From Lama glama (Eukaryota), in the NCBI GenBank assembly GCA_028534125.1, contig CM052816.1:100256001-100320000 (forward strand): a DNA stretch of 64,000 nucleotides. Direction: 5' to 3'. Position numbers and translations under genes: made by a program. The notes under the pieces were generated by a model. The model searched no databases, was not told the DNA's origin, and saw only the letters and a list, made by a program, of their open reading frames with translations. Below, in pieces: positions 62,220-64,000 of this stretch. Within the stretch, counting starts at the first letter, position 1. The number at the start of each line of letters is the position of its first letter.

Positions 62220-62821
62220 TGAAACAGGAGGGAGGGGGCAGGGCACAGCCATTCAAGGAAGGACACAGCAGTTAGCACGAAGATGGCGGAAGATTCAGCT
62301 CCCAGTGGGCCCTGAGCTTCCTTATACGCTCATTGTAACATATCAGCGTGGTAAACGGCCCTCCCCCAGGCGCCATGACAGTTCCGAGGCTGACCTTAAA
62401 AGGTCAAAAAGTGGGAGGTGGCCCGGTTCCTGGAAGCCCCGCCCCTTCCCCAAAGCAGTTGGAATAACCCTCCCACTTGTCAGCATGTGAAGGCGCTGAG
62501 CCTATGAAGACCAACAGCCTCACACCTCGTGGCCACTCTCGCTTCTGAGCGAGACGCCCTCACTCTGTCTATGGAGTGTGTGTCTGCTTTTACTTTAAAC
62601 TAACCCCCCCCATGCCTCGTGGCCTCTCTGTCCTTCTGAGGCGCCCACACTCGGTCTACGGAGTGCGCATCTCTAAGTAAACCCACTTCCACTCTGCTTT
62701 GGCTCACTCTTGGATTCTTTCCTGCGAGAAGCCAAGGACCCTCAAGTGATGGGGCGCATCCCGGGGACTCGTCCGAGACCTGGGACACTGCCGTCCTCTC
62801 GTGCCCCATGTTCCTGTGTCA
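62220..62821 (+). mobile_element. ERV1 solo LTR, MER41-like, complete TG...CA with 4-bp TSD GCAT
   Basis: GCAT|TGAAACAGG ... CCTGTGTCA|GCAT; MER41-type motifs GCGCCATGACAGTT and ATTCTTTCCTGCGAGAAGCCAAGGACCCT. Confidence 0.85.
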
Positions 62822-63912
62822 GCATTTCCAGTGTCATTCTTTGATGAGAGAAGGTTTACTCTTGAATAGCAGGTTGATTTTGGCTTCAAATGGTTGACTG
62901 GCTGCTAGGTCTTCCCACGTGCATTGCTGAGACCACACGGTCCTGTCGGCCATTTTTACTGAGCTGTTCTGGGAGGACAGAGCAGGAAATTCTGAGAGCG
63001 ATCAGAATCTTTAAAAGTGTATCCTTCATCTGCGTCAATCCTCGGAGCCCTAGGGCTCCATCTGAAGTGTCACTGTGCCAGTTCGACGCTGGCTCCCCGG
63101 GTGTCAGGAAATAAGCCCCTCATTTTCTATTTTATGGAAGCAAAATGGGATTGGAGTAAGTGCCCAATTTCCTTCCTTCAAATTCCAGATATTTTGAGTT
63201 TTTATGAAAGAAAAGTGTCTCTCATAATGAGTGAAGTGTTTACCTAATGAATCACTAAGATACTTCACGTCATCTTTTTGCGGGTTGTGTAGAGCTGGCC
63301 AGACACTCAGTCATAAGACCCTCCACTGCTTCCTGGCCGAGCCCCTTCCCAGGACAGTGGCCCCGTTGCCAGCACTCTCCATAGGCTCATTTCCAGCAGG
63401 GCCTCGGCTGCTTCCCTGGAGGCTCCAACCTGGTAACACTGCACGATGCTCCCTGAGTGAAGTGGACCGATAGCATCTCTCGTCAATGGCAGATTTTCCT
63501 GTCCGAAGCCTGCACCCAGATCCTGGCTTTAAATGTCTCTTACGGGTGAAAGAATTCTAATCTAAGAAAGAAAAAAAATTGAAACTACTGGGTAAAGGGC
63601 TCAGAAACCACATTTTTAACCTACCAAGTGGTAAGGGAACAAGCTTACTATTTGGGGCTATAAATATGAAAAAATATATAATAGGTCTAAATTTATATCT
63701 TATAAAGTTGAAGTTCAAACTTAACATGTACTGACCCTACCTCCCTTCTTCATTTTTGAAAGCGTATTTATGTGAAAATCCCATTTATAGCAAAATATTT
63801 TGGACAAAAGCTTGCCATCACCCCAGTCGCTATAAGACAAGTGTTACGGCTCAGTGGACGCCCCGTGGTGTGCACGTGGGGCCCCATTTTCACATTCAAA
63901 AAAGGCTTAGGC

Positions 63913-63953
63913 ACACACATGCACACACATGCACACACATGCACACACACACT
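63913..63953. repeat. (CACACACATG)n / (CA)n simple repeat
   Basis: Read directly. Confidence 0.85.
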
Positions 63954-64000
63954 CCCGCCCTGTCTTTCACTCTAGTCTTTGTAGACCTTCCGTCTCCAGT

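Overview
Mammalian genomic DNA, most likely camelid (alpaca/llama/camel; inferred from a recurring artiodactyl-type L1 3' UTR and a camelid-type tRNA-derived SINE). It has two 100-N assembly gaps. I recognise no host protein-coding exon, rRNA, tRNA or CRISPR array; the supplied ORFs are GC-rich chance ORFs, repeat read-through or decayed L1 ORF2. The window looks intergenic or deep-intronic and is rich in interspersed repeats: young and old L1, MLT1/MLT2, two MER41-like ERV1 solo LTRs, a Tigger2-type DNA transposon, MIR, L2, and mini/microsatellites. Repeat subfamily names come from recalled consensus motifs and need Dfam/RepeatMasker confirmation. The most notable signal is that several ancient AT-rich L1 copies appear locally rewritten by near one-directional A/T->G/C substitutions into CpG-rich patches (16.7-17.4 kb, 34.1-34.45 kb and smaller tracts), the expected footprint of GC-biased gene conversion. 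Also notable are a MER41-like solo LTR with a 4-bp TSD and a perfect STAT/GAS site, several nested insertions, and AT-rich motif-dense blocks that may be conserved enhancers. I found no evidence for a wholly new gene system.
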